Shown here piece after piece: positions 45,082 to 54,696 of a stretch of DNA of 64,000 bases. The stretch comes from Eubacteriales bacterium (GTDB lineage Bacteria > Bacillota > Clostridia > Oscillospirales > CAG-272). The stretch's first letter is position 1, and each line of letters starts with the position of its first letter. A program made the position numbers and the translations under genes. The notes beneath the pieces were generated by a model that was not told the DNA's origin, searched no databases, and worked only from the letters and a program-made list of their open reading frames with translations. The stretch is taken from positions 18,094 to 82,093 of the forward strand of contig JAZNDW010000028.1 of NCBI GenBank assembly GCA_045588245.1, written 5' to 3'.

Positions 45082-45872
45082 ACGACTTTGATATATTGGC
45101 TTTCGGACTTATATATCCTGCGGACACCGAGTACGCTGACAACGATTGCTATAATAAAATACGTTATGAGCAGTCCCCATTGAGCCGGTGTTGCATAAAG
45201 CAAGGCATTTCGTGCCTCAAATATAATAAGCGCAATAGGGTTGAAAGTGAATACCGCTTTTGAGACTGCAGGTGCTAACAGCTCGTTTATGGGATAAAAG
45301 ACACCCGTGATGTAAAAGAGCATCTGCAAAAAGATCACCATCAGTTTTTGCAGGTCTTCAACGTAAACGCCGATGTGCATACACCAAGAGCATATACCGA
45401 ACGTGAAAACGAACAGTACGAGCGTTATCGGCACGATCGATAAAAGGTTAAGGCTCAGGGGTACACGGTAAAATACCATAAGAGCGATGATCGGCACGTA
45501 TGAGCAAAGCATTTTGAAAGCGTTTACACAAAGCATTGATAAAATCAGCACAAACTTCGGAATATACACCTTTGACGCAACGGCGCGGTAGCGCTTGAAC
45601 AGCGTTATACTCGAAACTACGCTGCTGTTGAAGAAACGCCAATATGTGAGTCCGACAATGATGAACGCGACAACGTAGGTCGTTGTGCGATGGAACACCG
45701 CGGTAAACACGAACATATAGACGAACATGAAAAGTACAGGCTCAAGCACCCACCAGAATCCGCCGAGCCATGAGCTTGCAAGCTCCGCTTTGAGCTGTGC
45801 TTTGGCGGAATAGAGAATATAGCCTCTGTATTTCATTAAGTCGTTAAAGAATTTTTTCATCGTTAACTCCAT
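45078..45872 (-). CDS. tagG: ABC-2 type polysaccharide/teichoic-acid export permease (TagG/Wzm type)
   Basis: 264 aa with six TM segments. N-terminal YRGYILYSAKAQLKAELASSWLGGFWWVLEP is typical of ABC-2 Wzm/TagG permeases. 4-nt overlap with the ATPase gene. Confidence 0.82.
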   Translation of the reverse strand: MELTMKKFFNDLMKYRGYILYSAKAQLKAELASSWLGGFWWVLEPVLFMFVYMFVFTAVFHRTTTYVVAFIIVGLTYWRFFNSSVVSSITLFKRYRAVASKVYIPKFVLILSMLCVNAFKMLCSYVPIIALMVFYRVPLSLNLLSIVPITLVLFVFTFGICSWCMHIGVYVEDLQKLMVIFLQMLFYITGVFYPINELLAPAVSKAVFTFNPIALIIFEARNALLYATPAQWGLLITYFIIAIVVSVLGVRRIYKSESQYIKVV

Positions 45873-45910
45873 CGGGTCCGCTTTTCTTGCGGAGAGTTAA
45901 ATTATATTTG

Positions 45911-48115
45911 TTATAAAGATAATAGTGACGAAAGAAGCGATTCTGCATTTTCGTCGTTTGCCAAGCCTTTATCGTAGAGCTCCGCTATTGCGGCGGCATT
46001 AGCCGTGATCGTCTCGGCGGGGAGCTTGAGAACACAGCGGTCAAGCCGAGTGGGGAAGAGCTCCGCAGGTATTTCGTCTGCGGAATTGTTCTGCCTCAGC
46101 TTAGCCATACGCGATACTCTTGTAGACGACCTGTACTCGCTGTAGTGACGGGCAGAAGGCATCTCTTCGATGATCTTGTGCATCAGCTCGATCACTTCAT
46201 AGTAAAACTCGTTTTCGTAATGCACCGAGTTCAGATAGAGCAGGTTCATTTCATCGGAAACGAAACTGTCAACGAAGTCGATATAGTAGCACCCTGAGCA
46301 TTTTGCAAAATGTTCAGCATATATATCGCTTTTGGGATTGCGCGTGATGCTGTCGTTATAGTCCTTATCTCCGAACCGCTTGAGCTTGCCGCAAAAATCA
46401 ATATAATGCGTCATCCGCTTATGCTTAATAAGAATGACGCGGTCGCCGTAACGTCCGCGGACGTATTCGGCGAGCCGATCAAGTTCGGCTTTTATTTCGT
46501 CGTCGGAGAAGGCTTCGTATAAGTTGACGTTTTTCGCACCGAGCCGTTTTGAGCAGAAATTCTTGTTATCGTTATAGTATTTTCCGCGCAAATTGTATAT
46601 GGAAAGAGCCGTAAGCGTGTAAAAATCCAAAACGAGCCAATCTGCCCCCGACTTGTTGAGTGTGTCGCATACGGTGCCGTCAAGCTGATGCTTGATAACT
46701 AGATTGTCATTTGAGATCGGCGGGGAGAAGAGCATATCGAGATAAAACGGCTTCGGTCCGTCCATGAAAACGGGAAGTGCCTGGAACATATCCGTGCGAA
46801 CTACGATAGAGGACGCTCTGTCAACGAGGCAATACTGGAACGTAAGACGGGATACACAGCTTCCCAAAAGGTCAACAGCGTGCGGCTTCAGTATCGTCTC
46901 TGGCGTGCCGTCGTACAGGCGCAGTATATCCTCTGCGCGATAACGGACCACTTCGTCATCCGTCATCTCAAGCTGCATACGGGCAAAATAGTACCCGTAG
47001 TTGACTTCCGTTACCTGCTCGGGGAAAACGTCGCTCCAGTGAGCGCGGGCGTAATCCACAGTGTCCTTCCAAAGAGCACGAACGGTGAGCTTGTTTTTGA
47101 ACAGTTGATCGTACCGAATACTCGGATTGACGTAATCCTTCGCGATAACGGCGTTCATCGCCAACAGTATTTCACGCGCCGTCTCTGCGTTCGGAGCCGA
47201 CATATCGAGTCCGTCAGCAACCTCGGTGTAGCTTGATTTCAAAAGCTTTTCAGCCGAGCGTAACAGCTCGTAATTTTCCTTGATAAACCAAGGCTCAGCG
47301 CTGTATACGAGATTTTCCACAGCCCAGCTTGAACGTAAAAACGAGCCAAAGGCTTTTTTGTAAAGGTTAGAGTAGTATTTGCAGCATCTGTCAAGAGAAT
47401 AGCGGAATATGGGACGGCGGCGCACGTGCTGACGGCGCACGAAGCGGCGGATGTTGTCAGCGGTATCGGCGTAAGCTTCACTTTCATATTGATTGCCGTT
47501 TGGCTTCTTTTCCATGTAATAAAAACGAAGCGTGTCGATGACGGTGCAGCCCGTCTTTTTTACGAACAGATCCTCGCACTCACTCATGGTTTTATTGAAT
47601 GTGGCGCATTCCTGCTCGCGTATTCTGTCTCCTACGGCATAATATGCGCTTTTATATGTCTTGACGAGCGCGATCTTGTCGGAGGGGAAATGCTTTAATA
47701 TGATCTTTGCAAACTCTTCGGTCAGATGCTGTTTTTTGTCGCGGGACAGATCATTTGCAGATACCTCTTTTGCCCCCTTGCCGTATTCTGTAAGCGGCAT
47801 ATCGGCATACTTTGTGTAATAGCTGGCTTTGCGGGTGACAAGAGGCTGGCAGACATAATGCAGATCAACGATAACGTATTCCGCATCAGCATTCTCAAGA
47901 TAGTCTGAAAGACCGTTGTTGAGATCGACACGGCGGACGGGATCTTTATGCTTACTTTTGAAAATAGGCTTTTTTGATGAAGCGAGAGCAAACGGCGACG
48001 CACCGATAAGAGTGTCGGTGACGTTGATCGCAGATAAAAGTCCGCGCTTATAAATAGTGCCGCAAACGAGGTTTCCGCCGATCAGAAGAACGCTGTTTTC
48101 TTTTTTGTTATTCAT
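45911..48115 (-). CDS. Hypothetical 734-aa cytoplasmic protein of the glycopolymer operon with two related domains
   Basis: No signal peptide or TM segment, and no family confidently recognised. The N-terminal block (VLLIGGNLVCGTI ... AEYVIVDLHYV ... ASYYTKY) recurs around aa 440-560 (AVDLLGSCVSRLTF ... ADWLVLDFYTL ... GKYYNDN). Confidence 0.5.
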   Translation of the reverse strand: MNNKKENSVLLIGGNLVCGTIYKRGLLSAINVTDTLIGASPFALASSKKPIFKSKHKDPVRRVDLNNGLSDYLENADAEYVIVDLHYVCQPLVTRKASYYTKYADMPLTEYGKGAKEVSANDLSRDKKQHLTEEFAKIILKHFPSDKIALVKTYKSAYYAVGDRIREQECATFNKTMSECEDLFVKKTGCTVIDTLRFYYMEKKPNGNQYESEAYADTADNIRRFVRRQHVRRRPIFRYSLDRCCKYYSNLYKKAFGSFLRSSWAVENLVYSAEPWFIKENYELLRSAEKLLKSSYTEVADGLDMSAPNAETAREILLAMNAVIAKDYVNPSIRYDQLFKNKLTVRALWKDTVDYARAHWSDVFPEQVTEVNYGYYFARMQLEMTDDEVVRYRAEDILRLYDGTPETILKPHAVDLLGSCVSRLTFQYCLVDRASSIVVRTDMFQALPVFMDGPKPFYLDMLFSPPISNDNLVIKHQLDGTVCDTLNKSGADWLVLDFYTLTALSIYNLRGKYYNDNKNFCSKRLGAKNVNLYEAFSDDEIKAELDRLAEYVRGRYGDRVILIKHKRMTHYIDFCGKLKRFGDKDYNDSITRNPKSDIYAEHFAKCSGCYYIDFVDSFVSDEMNLLYLNSVHYENEFYYEVIELMHKIIEEMPSARHYSEYRSSTRVSRMAKLRQNNSADEIPAELFPTRLDRCVLKLPAETITANAAAIAELYDKGLANDENAESLLSSLLSL

Positions 48116-50982
48116 TACTTTTTATCCTGAGATGTAGTGTTTTCCTCAGCACGTTTCTTTTCGTCAGCCAAAACGTCTACGCTCCAACGTAAAAGTCTGT
48201 GGGAAACCTGATTGTGCTTAGGAGGGAACTGCATATAGTCTCCGTATTGCATCGTTAAAAATACATCGGGACGGCGCGGCACTCTTGCTCGGTGTCCGTC
48301 AAACAGAACGTCCTGATACGGAAGCAGGTCATCAAGCTTGATATATGTGTATGAGGGAACAAAGCTTGCAACAGTCGTTAGTCCAAGCTCCTCTGCCTTG
48401 TCGTTATAATACGTTGCACGCTCAATGTAGGCTTTCTGCGACTTTTTGAGTGACTGAAGCTTGAAGAAGGTACGCTTCAGTATTCCGTAGCCTTTGCAGT
48501 AAAGCTCGTATAAGTCACGCGGCAGGTAAGGGTCTATCGGTTCGGGCTTCTGATTGTTAACGATGCGGTTATGAACTTTGGATAGACCGATCACCTCTTT
48601 TTTGAAGGCTTCCTGAGCACCGGGCTCGTTGGGGATAAAATCGAAGGGGAAAATATCGAGGCAGATTCCCTTGTGGAAAGCGCGGCGCTCGTTATATTCC
48701 GTGATGTATTCGGTATTGTTCAGCCTTAATTTAGAGAAAAGATACGGGATATGAGGGTCCTTTTTTCTCGTTTGGAGAAAGAATCTTTCGTCAAGATAAG
48801 GCTCAGCTTCGTTAATGAAGCGGTCGTAATCGGCGCGGAGCATGCCGATGTCGATATCGTCGTCCCACGGAATAAATCCGCCGTTACGCATATATCCGAG
48901 CATGGAGCCGCCGCAGATGAAGTAACCGATTCCGAGCTTGCGGCAGATCTCATCAACCTTATCGAGCAGCAAAAAGTCCGCTTTTTGAATTGACGTCACC
49001 TGATAGTGAAGTGCCTCGTCGATAACGGGGGTCCAGACGGAATAGTCCCGCGGACAGTTAATCTCGGTGTCGCGGAAGTTGCATTTTCCAAGAGGAAAGA
49101 GATCGTCCTCGCGTATGAACTTCGATTTTTCATGAGCGACTCTGCCGTAAAGATGCGTTTCATCATCGTCGTTATAATATTGCGCAAGCTCGTCGATCTC
49201 GCGGTAAAGCGACATGATCGGCTCCTCGCCGTATTTTTTCTTTGCGCGCTCAAGTTCTTTTTTCGAGATAGCTTTGGGGTTACCGGATTCATAGTCCGCA
49301 AGCTTTTTGATAAGCGTGTTTCTGCGGTTAAGCTTTCTTACGAATGCGTACTGCGTATCGTATCCTTCGGGGATCTTATCAAAGGGAACGAGTCTTAATT
49401 CGCCTTCAAAATAGAACGGTGTAGACAAAGAAACGGTTTTTGTCAGCTTGGGGCAGCGACGCGCGCTGTCACGGAATTCGGAAAGCTTGATCCCATATTC
49501 ACCGTCGTGATTGCGGAGTGCATGGAGCAGCTTTTCATATTCGGTGCGCAGAAGGGCAACGTCCCATCCCGACGTCGGGTGAGACGGAATGTAGTCGTTA
49601 TAGGTTACAGCTCCGATCAAAAGATCCGCAATAGCAAAATATGTGATATCGTGATCCAGACAAAGCTTTATGAGACGTTTTAAGATCTCTGTTTTTTGTG
49701 CGTTTGCGGCACGGTTATAGTCAATGTCGGATTTTTCTGACCATATATAAAGGTCTGCAGGAACATTGATCTCAAAATCGTTCATCTGCAAACGAACCGT
49801 CGGGAACACCTGTCCGAAAAACAAAGTTTTGCTTTGTCCGCATTCAATGCGGCAGATGCGTGTGGTGTCGGAAAATTCACCGCCGTTATATTTTTGAGCC
49901 GTTGTGTGCAGCGACTTATACGCATTGGAAACAGCTTCCTCGTTGCGGGGTTCGGCATTCAGTGCTGAATTATAGCGTGCGGAGAGCTTTTTTATTTCAT
50001 CCATGAATTCGCGGCGCTCACGTTCTTCTTCGGGAAGGCAGTCGTATGGCATGACGGAAATGACGTTGTCGTATACGTCCTCTACGTCCGCGTAGTCTGC
50101 GTGAGCGATACGAAGCGCACCGTCGGGTGCGCCGTTACGGGCGCAATCAAAACAGATCAGCTTGCTGTCGGGGTCGATAAGCGACACAAGCTTATTTCGG
50201 TCGTGACGGAGCATACCGACTTCGATAGCGGATGTATCAAGATCGGGCGGCAGCTTGCCATACATTCTTGCGCCGACTGCAAGCTTGGAAATTGCAAAAT
50301 AGGGGAGCGAATGCTTGCGGCAAAGCTCGTCAAGGGCACGAAGCGCGGCGAGTCTTTCAACGTCATGCTGCTGCGGTACGTCGGCGCACGTGTCGAGCGC
50401 CGTTGTGGCGACGGCGTTGCCGTAAAAGGCTTTGTTCTTTGTCGGGTAAACGAGCGCACGGTTGAAGGCAGGCGTCGTCTTGCCGACGAGTGACGCCATC
50501 ATAACGGCGTCTTCGTCGCCGTTATACCGCTTTGCAAAAGCGGTGAGCTTTTCGTATGCGGAGTCAAGATTCTCGTCTTTGTTTTTATACATCAGAAGAT
50601 ACGCCTTGTTTGCTTCGTCCATTTGAGAAAGAAAGTTCTTTCTTTCCTCTGCGGACAAAGGAAGAGCGTCATAAGGATAAAGAAGTATTTCCTCGCCGCC
50701 AAGGCTGACGGAAAGAAAGCCGAGCTTCGAGTCGGAAACGGTGAATCCGTATTCGTCAGCGTCAGTGGTGAACGTATCAAAGTCGCATCTCGGCATACCC
50801 ACGCTCCATTCGGACGCGATCTCCACATCAGTGAGCGGACGAAGGTTTCTCGCGGCACGGTCGAGCATACCGACAGCAAAATATGTTACGTCGCGTTTCA
50901 TGGCATAAGCGTGAAGCTTATGTATCACGGCTGTTTTTTCGGTGAGCATAAGCTCGTTTTTTGTATTTTCGTTAGTATTCAT
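48115..50982 (-). CDS. LicD-family phosphotransferase, 955 aa: three degenerate LicD-like modules followed by one canonical LicD domain
   Basis: Canonical module: YFICGGSMLGYMRNGGFIPWDDDIDIGMLRADYDRF ... ICLDIFPFD. Three earlier modules keep the YFA(V/I) strand and the helix but lack the acidic motif: YFAVGMLDRAARN...EWSVGMPRCDFD; YFAISKLAVGARMYG...AIEVGMLRHDRN; YFAIADLLIGAVTYN...GWDVALLRTEYE. Confidence 0.75.
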   Translation of the reverse strand: MNTNENTKNELMLTEKTAVIHKLHAYAMKRDVTYFAVGMLDRAARNLRPLTDVEIASEWSVGMPRCDFDTFTTDADEYGFTVSDSKLGFLSVSLGGEEILLYPYDALPLSAEERKNFLSQMDEANKAYLLMYKNKDENLDSAYEKLTAFAKRYNGDEDAVMMASLVGKTTPAFNRALVYPTKNKAFYGNAVATTALDTCADVPQQHDVERLAALRALDELCRKHSLPYFAISKLAVGARMYGKLPPDLDTSAIEVGMLRHDRNKLVSLIDPDSKLICFDCARNGAPDGALRIAHADYADVEDVYDNVISVMPYDCLPEEERERREFMDEIKKLSARYNSALNAEPRNEEAVSNAYKSLHTTAQKYNGGEFSDTTRICRIECGQSKTLFFGQVFPTVRLQMNDFEINVPADLYIWSEKSDIDYNRAANAQKTEILKRLIKLCLDHDITYFAIADLLIGAVTYNDYIPSHPTSGWDVALLRTEYEKLLHALRNHDGEYGIKLSEFRDSARRCPKLTKTVSLSTPFYFEGELRLVPFDKIPEGYDTQYAFVRKLNRRNTLIKKLADYESGNPKAISKKELERAKKKYGEEPIMSLYREIDELAQYYNDDDETHLYGRVAHEKSKFIREDDLFPLGKCNFRDTEINCPRDYSVWTPVIDEALHYQVTSIQKADFLLLDKVDEICRKLGIGYFICGGSMLGYMRNGGFIPWDDDIDIGMLRADYDRFINEAEPYLDERFFLQTRKKDPHIPYLFSKLRLNNTEYITEYNERRAFHKGICLDIFPFDFIPNEPGAQEAFKKEVIGLSKVHNRIVNNQKPEPIDPYLPRDLYELYCKGYGILKRTFFKLQSLKKSQKAYIERATYYNDKAEELGLTTVASFVPSYTYIKLDDLLPYQDVLFDGHRARVPRRPDVFLTMQYGDYMQFPPKHNQVSHRLLRWSVDVLADEKKRAEENTTSQDKK

Positions 50983-50998
50983 ATAATAATCTCTTGTT

Positions 50999-52414
50999 TC
51001 ACTTTATATTTGTCGGATCCTCGCGCATAACCGTACTGCCTAAATCAAACTCCACGGCATTGTGGTGACTGTACCGTTTTGACGGAGATGGCCAGGTCAT
51101 ATAGTTATTTCCGTATGAGAATCGCAGATAAGCGTCGTAATCCTTCGGGACGGGGAATAAGTGTCCCTCAAATGCTATATTGACAGAATCGGAAAGAATA
51201 TCGGCGCGGAAGTTTCCGTGACCGAGATGCTCACCCATACCGTCGTAGCAGTAACGTGAGTTTTTGCTGTTATATAGCGTCATAACACCGCGTTCTAAAT
51301 GTTCGAGCTTTTCTATCGGCGTGCGCCGAACGTAACGGCTTACAATGCGGCAAATGCCACGCAGCTTGCCGTAAAAATGGAGAGGGGAGCCGTCCCACTT
51401 ATGAAACACCATAGAACGTAGTAGACGTGTCGCAAATATATGAAGCTTCAACAGTGCCGTATTCTTCGGCGCACCGTCGTGTGCGAAGATATCGATCCAT
51501 ACCTCGTTGTGCATTTCGGGAAAGCGGCTTGAAAACTCTGTCACAAACCGTGTATTCAAAAGACGAAGCTTCGAAAACGGGCTGTGATAGTGCGGATCGG
51601 TTTTTGAATTCTGGAAAAAGAAGCCGCCGCCGACTTTTTCGGGTGCGATCACTGAAAGACGGTCAAAGTTTTCGCGCGTCATCATAACGTCGATGTCGTC
51701 ATCCCAGGGGATGAAGCCGCCGTGACGGACAGCACCCAGAAGCGTGCCGCCTCCGAGAAAGTATTGAATGCCGTTCTCACGGCATATTCGGTCAAGCTCC
51801 AAAAGGCAAAGCAGCTGTGCTTTTTGCAAGCGTCGAAGCTCGCCGTTATATGATGTGTCGTCGTAAAATCGCCTTTCGGGATGCGTTTTCAAAAGACGAA
51901 GCGTGCGTACGGCATCCTCACGGCAAACAAGCTTTTCAAATTCGATGTCACCTATGCCGTAGCTGCCGATTTTGTACGAGGATACGGCAGAGATCAACAA
52001 GGAAAAAAAGTCGATCACGTGCAGTTTCGGGTGCGTATCGTCAAAAACGATACTGTCATCGGCACCGAATCCTTCGGGAAGCCCTGCACCGTAAAGCGGC
52101 GGCAGGTTGACGGTCATGTATGTGTCGTTACCGCCGTCAACGGCGGCGGTGTAGACAGCAATCACGCGTGAAGCGTCCGTTATAATGTTCGATTTCGGAA
52201 TATCAACGAAGATATGGCAGTCAGCACCGCCTACTGTGACGTCAGCACCGTGTGCTGTAAAAATATCATGTGCCGCATCGTCAAGCACGTGGCAAGCGGA
52301 CGTAAAAGCAATGATTTGTCCTTTAAGGCGGGAGCTTGCAGACAAAGCCGTTACCCATTCCGCACGAAACTCGGACATATTCAATTCATACGTGTCGGTA
52401 TTTCGTTTCGTCAT
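50999..52414 (-). CDS. LicD-family phosphotransferase with an unrecognised ~230-aa N-terminal domain
   Basis: Motifs YFLGGGTLLGAVRHGGFIPWDDDIDVMMTRENFDRL and VWIDIFAHD. The start at the ATG at 52414 (AGGAGG 5 nt upstream, 11 nt after the upstream stop) is preferred over the 30-codon extension in the ORF track. Confidence 0.78.
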   Translation of the reverse strand: MTKRNTDTYELNMSEFRAEWVTALSASSRLKGQIIAFTSACHVLDDAAHDIFTAHGADVTVGGADCHIFVDIPKSNIITDASRVIAVYTAAVDGGNDTYMTVNLPPLYGAGLPEGFGADDSIVFDDTHPKLHVIDFFSLLISAVSSYKIGSYGIGDIEFEKLVCREDAVRTLRLLKTHPERRFYDDTSYNGELRRLQKAQLLCLLELDRICRENGIQYFLGGGTLLGAVRHGGFIPWDDDIDVMMTRENFDRLSVIAPEKVGGGFFFQNSKTDPHYHSPFSKLRLLNTRFVTEFSSRFPEMHNEVWIDIFAHDGAPKNTALLKLHIFATRLLRSMVFHKWDGSPLHFYGKLRGICRIVSRYVRRTPIEKLEHLERGVMTLYNSKNSRYCYDGMGEHLGHGNFRADILSDSVNIAFEGHLFPVPKDYDAYLRFSYGNNYMTWPSPSKRYSHHNAVEFDLGSTVMREDPTNIK

Positions 52415-52425
52415 ACGTCCTCCTT

Positions 52426-53568
52426 TCACTCGGGAATGATCTTGAGCAGACGGAGAAGCTTGTCGGTACTGTTGCCGTCGCAGTATGCCATGTCGCTTTC
52501 CCAAAGCACGTCCAAACGGGCGCGGTACGGTTCATCCGCCCACGCATCAATAGTCGTTACTGCGTCGTAAAGCGACGTATAATCGTCTGCGAAGTATGCA
52601 GGCATTTTTTTATAGTCGGGGTAAAGCCCGCGCGCCGCCTCGTAAGCGGCAAGGTCGGGAGCGTAGAGAATGATGGGGCGGCGGTAGTACAGATAGTCGA
52701 ACAAAATCGAAGAATAATCCGTTATGAGCGCATCGGCAACGGCGAGCAGCTCGTTTGACGTAAACTCGGGAGTCGTATCAAGATCGACACCGTTTGAAAA
52801 ACGGTGCGTTTTAATGAGTACGACGATGTTATCGGACACTTCATCGCGAAGACGCAGAATATCGTCCGCGCCAACGAGATGTCCTGAGTGGACGTCACCG
52901 CGGAAAGTCGGCGTCCACAGAATGATCTTTTTGCCCTTGTATTCGGGGTAATCTTCAAAAAAGCGGCGTCTTATGTCAGCCTCGCGGTCAGCACGGTATA
53001 GTAGATCAATGCGCGAAACACCCGATGTGCAAAAGCACTCCCTCGGTATCATCATAGCGTGCGACAAAACGTCGGAAACGACGTCTGAGGAAGCTGTGAA
53101 CACGTCCGTATTTCGATACTGATCCTTCATCATCGCGGCAGAATCCTCAGGGGAATCGATGCCGACCTTTTTCATAAGTCCGCCAGAATGCCAGAGCTGA
53201 ACGAGCGTTGTGCCGCGGCGCTTTCGGCAAGCGGCGGCGGGGATGAAGCAATCAGAGATGAAAACGTACTCCGCACGCGCATAGAGCGGCATAAAGCCGA
53301 GCATGATACAGAGCCCCTTTACGGGGGAGCAAAATGAATAGTCACGGAAGTATTCCTTGACAGTCAAGCCGTCAATTGAATGGAGTCTGTCGCGCAGAAC
53401 GACCATTGAATAAGGAATACTGTTCTGATGTCCATCCGCGAGGACGACGAGATTTTTCTTTACGGGAAATAAACAGCAAACGTAGTAAAGCGGCGATAAA
53501 ACGATCAAACGCAGTGTGTTTTTGAGAAAACGCCGTATCCTGACGGCAATATTCGTTTTGCGTTTCAT
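52426..53568 (-). CDS. CDP-alditol/CDP-glycerol phosphotransferase of the TagB/TagF family
   Basis: Glyphos_transf motifs QLWHSGGLMKKVG, IILWTPTFRG and ALITDYSSILFDYLYYRRPIILYAPD. Confidence 0.8.
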   Translation of the reverse strand: MKRKTNIAVRIRRFLKNTLRLIVLSPLYYVCCLFPVKKNLVVLADGHQNSIPYSMVVLRDRLHSIDGLTVKEYFRDYSFCSPVKGLCIMLGFMPLYARAEYVFISDCFIPAAACRKRRGTTLVQLWHSGGLMKKVGIDSPEDSAAMMKDQYRNTDVFTASSDVVSDVLSHAMMIPRECFCTSGVSRIDLLYRADREADIRRRFFEDYPEYKGKKIILWTPTFRGDVHSGHLVGADDILRLRDEVSDNIVVLIKTHRFSNGVDLDTTPEFTSNELLAVADALITDYSSILFDYLYYRRPIILYAPDLAAYEAARGLYPDYKKMPAYFADDYTSLYDAVTTIDAWADEPYRARLDVLWESDMAYCDGNSTDKLLRLLKIIPE

Positions 53569-53626
53569 AACGTCGCTCCTTTCGTTTGAAGTTTGGTGGC
53601 AGACTCAGCTTGCCATGCCGAAGCTG

Positions 53627-54682
53627 TCAGGCTTCGCTGTCGATTAAGATCTTGCCTCTGACGGCACCGGGGGTGCGGAAAAGCTCGAATGCCCGGTCGA
53701 TCTCGGAAAGCGGAATGATCCTGTCGATCATCGTGTCGTCAAGTTTAAGCTGACCGTTTGCGAAGAAATGGGCAGCAGCCGTCCATTCTTCGCCCGGGAA
53801 GGGGGCGGAATAGCTCATCCACGAGCCCGTTACGTACATTTCACGGCGGTTAAGCAGCTCCCATTCGGAAACGGAGAAGACTACCTCATTCTTGGGTGTG
53901 CCGATCATGCAAACGGATGCGGCGTTAGCCGCAAGCTTGAATGCGAGCTTTACGGTTGCGGAAGAGCCCGCAGTTTCAAAAACGAAATCATATCCGCGTC
54001 CGTCCGTCAGCGCGAGTGCTTTTGAAAGAAAATCGGGATCGGACGTGTCTACACCCGCATCGGCACCGAACAGGTCGATGCTGCGCTGCAGTTTTTCGGG
54101 AGAATTATAATCGAAAACGACGATCTTGGACGCGCCGAAGATACGGCACCATTCAAGCGTCAGCGTTCCGATAGTACCCGCGCCTATAATGGCGACGGTC
54201 TTGCCCGGAACGTATTTGGCGCAGCGAACGCCGTGCATGGCTACTGTTGTAGGCTCAAAGAATGCACCGAGCTTGAAGCTGACCTCGTCAGCTATCGGTA
54301 CGGTGTTAACAGCGGGCAAAGCCACGTATTCGGCAAAGCTGCCGTTACGGCGCGAGCCGATGAATGTGTAATGCTTGCAAAGCGAATACTGACCGCGCAT
54401 ACAGTCTGTGCATTTCATGCAGGGAACGAGCGGCACACCTGCAATTCGCTGACCGACGTATCTGTCGGTGACGCCCTCACCAAGTTCAACGATCGTGCCC
54501 GAAAACTCATGACCTAAAATGATCGGGAAGAAGTGACACGCATTTCCGTTGACTCTCGGCAGGTCTGAGCCGCAGATTCCCGTATATTTAACTCTGACGA
54601 GCACCTCGCCCGGTGCGGGCTTCGGTGTTTCTGTTTTTTCGTATCTGATATCAAAAGGACCGTGAACGACACCTGCGTACAT
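53627..54682 (-). CDS. Zinc-dependent MDR dehydrogenase, GatD-like (galactitol-1-phosphate 5-dehydrogenase type) or TarJ-like alditol-phosphate dehydrogenase
   Basis: Catalytic Zn ligands in GICGSDLPR and GHEFSG, structural Zn cluster CMKCTDCMRGQYSLC, Rossmann IIGAGTIG. Blocks CGSDLPR..N..H.(F/Y)P..LGHEFSG, FIGSRR.G.FAEY and GSWM.YS.P(F/W)PG.EW agree with my memory of E. coli GatD better than with S. aureus TarJ. This was not checked by alignment. Confidence 0.65.
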   Translation of the reverse strand: MYAGVVHGPFDIRYEKTETPKPAPGEVLVRVKYTGICGSDLPRVNGNACHFFPIILGHEFSGTIVELGEGVTDRYVGQRIAGVPLVPCMKCTDCMRGQYSLCKHYTFIGSRRNGSFAEYVALPAVNTVPIADEVSFKLGAFFEPTTVAMHGVRCAKYVPGKTVAIIGAGTIGTLTLEWCRIFGASKIVVFDYNSPEKLQRSIDLFGADAGVDTSDPDFLSKALALTDGRGYDFVFETAGSSATVKLAFKLAANAASVCMIGTPKNEVVFSVSEWELLNRREMYVTGSWMSYSAPFPGEEWTAAAHFFANGQLKLDDTMIDRIIPLSEIDRAFELFRTPGAVRGKILIDSEA

Positions 54683-54696
54683 TGTTATGTCTCCTT

